DNA of 64,000 nt from a virus. The notes beneath the pieces were generated by a model. That model saw only the letters and a program-made list of their open reading frames with translations. It had not been told where the DNA came from and ran no database searches. The DNA is taken from positions 1 through 64,000 of the IMG/VR virus record IMGVR_UViG_3300037346_000419. One strand, 5' to 3'. The position numbers and the translations under genes are program-made. Below, one piece after another: positions 61,259 through 64,000 of the stretch (position 1 is its first letter; every line of letters begins with the position of its first letter).

Positions 61259-61851
61259 TGGTTACTATAAACGAATTAAAAATAAGTGAAGACTGTAAAA
61301 CTATAGAAATTAATGTTAGTACTGAAGTAGCTAATACTATAGATAAAATTTTATTATGGAATCATTTAACTTATAAAAATGAAGCAAAAGCCTTTGATTT
61401 AAGTAGCCACTTAGTTCAAACTGGGCCAAATGAAGTTCTTTCAATACTTGCTACAGATATTGGATTAACTAATATATATGGAATATTTTATTTAGAATTT
61501 ACATCTTCTGAAGCTGCTTCAATAAATACTACTTTAGGTATAGCTACGAATTTTGTAAAAGTTCATAATTGTTTCTTAAATAAAATATTAAAAATTGAAA
61601 AAATAAAAGGTTGTTTATCTGTTTCTAGCAGTGATTGCTTTAGTTGTGAAAATGATATATTTTTACTTTCTGGATTATTAGAAAGTATATATGTTTCCAT
61701 ACCTTTACAATTTTTTGAAGAAACAAATAAAATATATACTTTAATAGAAGATACATGTGATATATGTGACACTTGTCCTGATTACACAGAATTAAATTTA
61801 GTGCCTGGTTTTGGCTTTAAAACAGTAAATAATCTTATAACCCTAGTTTAA
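61258..61851 (+). CDS. Structural-module protein, Cys-rich C-terminus
   Basis: 197-aa coupled ORF. Confidence 0.55.
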   Translation: MVTINELKISEDCKTIEINVSTEVANTIDKILLWNHLTYKNEAKAFDLSSHLVQTGPNEVLSILATDIGLTNIYGIFYLEFTSSEAASINTTLGIATNFVKVHNCFLNKILKIEKIKGCLSVSSSDCFSCENDIFLLSGLLESIYVSIPLQFFEETNKIYTLIEDTCDICDTCPDYTELNLVPGFGFKTVNNLITLV

Positions 61852-61852
61852 T

Positions 61853-62425
61853 ATGGAGCAAAAAGATAAAATATTAATGGGGAGTGTAATAAACTTAGTT
61901 AATAAACAATTAATTTTAGGTAACAATATAAATATTAAGTCTTTAATATTATTAGGAGGATTAAATTCTTCTATTAATTTTTGTGAGCAGCAATTTATAA
62001 GCACTCAAGATAATACATATACAGATAAAATAAAAACTTTGGAAAAAACTAGATTAGACCTAAGTAGTAAATGTGAAGACATTTGTGCTTACAATAAAAG
62101 AATAGAAAGTAAAATGACTTTCTTTAATACAGATGCAGAACATTTTATTGCTTTAGGAGATTGTTTTAATAATATAACTTCTTGGACACCTGTTTATTTA
62201 AGTGAAGGTGTAGATTTTGTAACAGGAACTACAATTTTATTTTTAGATAAAGAAAAAACAATTACCTTTGTGGGTAGTACCACATTACCTTTAACAGATG
62301 CAACAGATATTATTATTAATGAATATATTCTCGCCAAAAAAATTGATGGAGAATTATTTAAATTTATCGGAGCTTTATATAGTGTTACTGATGCAGGTTT
62401 AATATATACAGAAATAAATTGTTAA
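61853..62425 (+). CDS. Structural-module hypothetical protein
   Basis: 190-aa ORF in the operon. Confidence 0.55.
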   Translation: MEQKDKILMGSVINLVNKQLILGNNINIKSLILLGGLNSSINFCEQQFISTQDNTYTDKIKTLEKTRLDLSSKCEDICAYNKRIESKMTFFNTDAEHFIALGDCFNNITSWTPVYLSEGVDFVTGTTILFLDKEKTITFVGSTTLPLTDATDIIINEYILAKKIDGELFKFIGALYSVTDAGLIYTEINC

Positions 62426-62426
62426 G

Positions 62427-62849
62427 ATGAAAGAAATACAAAAACTAAGAAATGACATAAGATTGTTATTTAACGGAAAAAAGAATGTGAACACAACCCC
62501 TTCAGCTTTTATGGTAGTTTGTTCAGATGAAATAACAGCTTTAGAAGTAAACACTAATACTAGGACTTTTTCTTCTCCTTTTAATTTTAAATTAGAGAGT
62601 GTAGAAATATCTTTAACTGTTCCCCAAACAGGTGGTACAGTATTAACAGTGGATGTTTTTAAAAATGAGGTTAGTATTTTAACAACTAAAGTTACAATAA
62701 CAAATGGAGAATACGATAGTAGTACTTCTATAAAACCTATTATAAATTTTCCATTTTTTGAAAAAAATGATAAAATAAGAATTGCAATAACTCAAGTTGG
62801 AGATGGAACTGCTATGGGATTAAAAACAAACTTAATAGGAAAAATATAA
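62427..62849 (+). CDS. Tail/fibre-associated beta-sandwich protein
   Basis: CSDEITAL...LTVDV...SILTTKVTI...ITQVGDGTAMGLK. Confidence 0.55.
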   Translation: MKEIQKLRNDIRLLFNGKKNVNTTPSAFMVVCSDEITALEVNTNTRTFSSPFNFKLESVEISLTVPQTGGTVLTVDVFKNEVSILTTKVTITNGEYDSSTSIKPIINFPFFEKNDKIRIAITQVGDGTAMGLKTNLIGKI

Positions 62850-62850
62850 T

Positions 62851-63756
62851 ATGATTTGTTTAATAGATTCATATAATTTAGTAGACTATTCTGACCCTCC
62901 AAGTTACGATACTAATGCAAAACTATTTAGTGATACAATTTTTACTAATGAAGGAATATCACTTTTAAATTCTGAAAAAGTAGCAATTAACAATTTTGTA
63001 AAAAGAGCAAAAGGTTTAGACCCTGGATATGCCAATTTTGGTAGTTCTGCTATATGGGATGCAGGTATTTTATTTTGCCCTAATAGGGGAGGTAGTTTAG
63101 CTACAGCTAAATACAATGTATTTGACCCTACTATATTAATACAAAATTATTTTGGTGGTATTACTTATGACCCTGGATATGGAGTTAAAGGTAATGGAGT
63201 AAATGGAGGTATTAATTCACAAGTAGCTGTAAGGAATTATACAACAGGCCTTACACAATTAAATCAAGAAAAAGGATTAGTAGGAATTGTTTATAAAGAT
63301 ACTGTAAATGCTTCAAGAAGGGATTTTGGTAACTATGGAAGTAATGTAGGAATAGATGGAAACATGTGGTTAACAGCATCAAGAGGAGGAGTAGTATCTC
63401 CTGCAATGAGATACTATACTCATGATGAAAATATTACTATAGTACCTGCAAATACAAATGGACATTGGTGTCTTAAAGGTACACTAGGTAGTCCTAATTT
63501 AGGAAAAGTGTATTACAATAAAACATTAATACATACTTCCAATGGAAATAATCCTAGAACAGCAGCACAAGCACTTTCATTACCTAATGCAGAAATTCTA
63601 TTTTTATGTTTAAATTTTAATAGTAGAGCAGTAGTTAACTACGCAAATGCAACTGATATTTGTCATTATGTATTAGGAGATATAGGAGCAAACATAGGAG
63701 CTTGGAATGATATGATTGAAGATTTTTGCATAGAAACAGGAACAAAAACATGGTAG
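62851..63756 (+). CDS. Putative tail fibre / receptor-binding-type protein
   Basis: Gly/Asn-rich beta protein with KGNGVNG, in the tail region. Confidence 0.5.
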   Translation: MICLIDSYNLVDYSDPPSYDTNAKLFSDTIFTNEGISLLNSEKVAINNFVKRAKGLDPGYANFGSSAIWDAGILFCPNRGGSLATAKYNVFDPTILIQNYFGGITYDPGYGVKGNGVNGGINSQVAVRNYTTGLTQLNQEKGLVGIVYKDTVNASRRDFGNYGSNVGIDGNMWLTASRGGVVSPAMRYYTHDENITIVPANTNGHWCLKGTLGSPNLGKVYYNKTLIHTSNGNNPRTAAQALSLPNAEILFLCLNFNSRAVVNYANATDICHYVLGDIGANIGAWNDMIEDFCIETGTKTW

Positions 63757-63986
63757 TACAGGTATATAAATTTCCAGAGGGATTAACACCTGAAGAATTA
63801 ATCAATATTCTTAGTAGTGTTCAAACAAATATAAAAATAAATCCTATACAAGATATAGATGACAATTGGATTATATCTAAAGAAGAGTGGAATGAACCTA
63901 AATGGCAAGATTTTAAAAAAGAATATATAGAATTAACTTCACTTTTTACATTAATAGATTTTAAAGAAAAACCCTCTCCAATATAA
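63726..63986 (+). CDS. Small fibre-associated protein
   Basis: NPIQDIDDNWIISKEE. Likely starts at ATG 63750, overlapping the previous gene. Confidence 0.5.
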   Translation: MHRNRNKNMVVQVYKFPEGLTPEELINILSSVQTNIKINPIQDIDDNWIISKEEWNEPKWQDFKKEYIELTSLFTLIDFKEKPSPI

Positions 63987-64000
63987 TTATGATTTTACAA

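Overview
An AT-rich 64-kb segment of a crAss-like (Crassvirales-type) phage. Host is probably Bacteroidota, judged from repeated TAnnTTTG -7 promoter boxes and a Gly resume codon in its tmRNA. There are three blocks. (1) 1-16086, + strand: a giant virion RNA polymerase polyprotein, cut off at the window edge, and a second large virion cargo protein. (2) 16144-46400, - strand: replication, nucleotide metabolism and early genes (dUTPase, class II RNR, GroES-like, UvrD-like helicase, dNMP kinase, nucleases, primase, SSB, AAA ATPase, DnaB-like and SF2 helicases, family A DNA polymerase, tmRNA, tRNA-Leu and many small ORFs). (3) 46800-64000, + strand: packaging, head and tail genes. The best candidate for a new system is a contiguous phage-encoded ubiquitin-like conjugation operon at 26381-30978 (Ubl precursor, E2-like, JAB, E1/ThiF and an unknown partner) inside the replication module. 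Other notable signals: a perfect 129-bp inverted, in-frame copy of a vRNAP segment inside an unrelated ORF; two group I introns and a class 3 intein, each splitting a Walker motif; an AAA ATPase with apparently rearranged motif order; a tmRNA with a 33-aa tag; a 130-nt tRNA-like RNA with no normal anticodon arm; and an Acb2/Tad1-like protein. All protein calls come from reading motifs by eye. No database searches were run.
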